From positions 10,539 to 74,538 of the forward strand of contig CAIYUN010000041.1 in NCBI GenBank assembly GCA_903929355.1: 64,000 nt of DNA, in the 5' to 3' direction. Shown here one piece after another: positions 63,014-64,000 of this stretch (its first letter is position 1; every line of letters begins with the position of its first letter). Source of the DNA: an uncultured Opitutaceae bacterium (lineage in GTDB: Bacteria > Verrucomicrobiota > Verrucomicrobiia > Opitutales > Opitutaceae). A program made the position numbers and the translations under genes. The notes beneath the pieces were generated by a model, which was given only the letters and a program-made list of their open reading frames with translations, did not search any database and was not told where the DNA came from.

Positions 63014-64000
63014 ATGCCTTCCCGCGTTTTTTCCCTGCTCCTCGGCGCCACGGTGCTTGGACTGGCCGGCTGCGCCAAAAAGGACGCCGGCCCCGCCGTG
63101 GGTGCGCCGCAGGCGCAATTCCTCCGCGTCGGCAACGGTGCCGAACCGGAGGAGCTCGATCCGCAGGTGGTCACCGGTGTGACCGAGCACAAGCTGGACC
63201 TCGCGCTGTTCGAGGGGCTGCTCACCGAGGACCCGCACGACCTGCACCCGGTCCCCGGCGTCGCGGAGACGTGGGCCACGTCGGCCGACGGGCTCACCTA
63301 CACGTTTCACCTGCGCGCCGACGCCAAGTGGTCCAACGGCGACCCCGTGACCGCGCAGGATTTCGTCGAATCCTACCGGCGTATGCTCTCGCCCAAGTTC
63401 GCGGCCGAATACGCCTACCTGCTCTACAACTTTGTCGTCGGCGCCAAGGACTACTACGACGGCAAGCTCACGGATTTCTCGAAGGTGGGATTTGCCGCGC
63501 CCGACGCGCGCACCCTCGTCGTGACGCTCCGCAACGCCACCCCCTTCCTGCTCAACATCATCGCCTGCCATCAGGCCTGGGCGGCGGTGCCGGTGAAGGT
63601 CATCGCCCGGTTCGGACCGCTCGACGCCAAAAACACCGGCTGGACCAAGCCCGGCAACTTCGTGGGTAACGGCCCTTTTGTGCTCAAGGAATGGCTTCCC
63701 AACCAGCGGATCACGGTGGTCCGCAACCCGACCTACTGGGACGCCGCCAACGTGAAGCTCGCCGGCCTCGAGTTCGACCCCATCTCGGAGGAAAACACGG
63801 AGGAGGAGATGTTCCGCACCGGCCAGCTCGACGTGACCGAGACCATGCCGCCGGCCAAGATCGACGGTTACCGCCGCGATCATCCCGACACGTTTCACCT
63901 CGATCCCTATCTGGGCGTCTATTACTACCGCTGCAACGTCACGCGGCCGCCGCTCAACGACAAGCGCGTGCGCCGCGCGCTCGCCCTTGCCATCGACCGC
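63014..64000 (+). CDS. ABC transporter substrate-binding lipoprotein, family 5 (OppA/DppA-like), 3'-partial
   Basis: Not in the ORF track because it is open at the window end. My translation from the ATG at 63014 gives MPSRVFSLLLGATVLGLAGC (lipobox)...FLRVGNGAEPEELDPQ...ETWATSADGLTYTFHLRADAKWSNGDPVTAQDF...NPTYWDA. Confidence 0.8.
   Translation, partial: MPSRVFSLLLGATVLGLAGCAKKDAGPAVGAPQAQFLRVGNGAEPEELDPQVVTGVTEHKLDLALFEGLLTEDPHDLHPVPGVAETWATSADGLTYTFHLRADAKWSNGDPVTAQDFVESYRRMLSPKFAAEYAYLLYNFVVGAKDYYDGKLTDFSKVGFAAPDARTLVVTLRNATPFLLNIIACHQAWAAVPVKVIARFGPLDAKNTGWTKPGNFVGNGPFVLKEWLPNQRITVVRNPTYWDAANVKLAGLEFDPISEENTEEEMFRTGQLDVTETMPPAKIDGYRRDHPDTFHLDPYLGVYYYRCNVTRPPLNDKRVRRALALAIDR

Overview
High-GC (~65-70%) bacterial chromosomal segment. 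Gene content (DUF5069, SHD1, four-helix-bundle and GxxExxY minigenes) and repeat style suggest a Verrucomicrobiota/Opitutales-like genome, but this is inference only. About 60 protein-coding genes are supported, mostly housekeeping or accessory metabolism. They include argG-argF, an HU-like protein, an arnT-arnB-arnC-arnA(FT) operon, an aldo/keto reductase and moeA/moaA. Also present are a CNNM/CorC transporter, bcp, uvrC, cinA, rlmN, a lytic transglycosylase, miaB, gmk and kduI-kduD/eda. Further genes are BadF-type kinase/SIS/LpxR-like genes, pilT, two DUF5069 genes, a PAS-PP2C phosphatase and a sugar ABC transporter with an SBP-permease fusion. The list ends with a GbsR regulator, two TIGR01777 SDR paralogs, an MBOAT-like protein, a ParE/RelE TA pair, GH43 and a partial OppA-like SBP. 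No rRNA, tRNA or CRISPR array was seen. Two things stand out. (1) At 53.4-61.0 kb there is a second, non-canonical Arn-like locus. A frameshifted GT-C gene lies divergent from a translationally coupled operon of sugar oxidoreductase, polyprenyl-P-type GT2, hexapeptide acyltransferase fused to a carrier-protein domain, KAS III and DegT aminotransferase. (2) Intergenic DNA is unusually structured. Several families of 7-8 nt word tandem repeats (CACGGAT, CACGGAG/CACAGAG, CCAAAAT, AATCAGG, GAGAACG, GATCCGA, GCGGATT) form long terminal inverted repeats. These bracket either nothing (MITE-like) or single small genes (GxxExxY, four-helix-bundle, nucleoside-deoxyribosyltransferase-like). Some run into coding regions. 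Start codons were refined from the ORF track by motif position. All family calls rest on recognisable motifs only, since no searches were possible.
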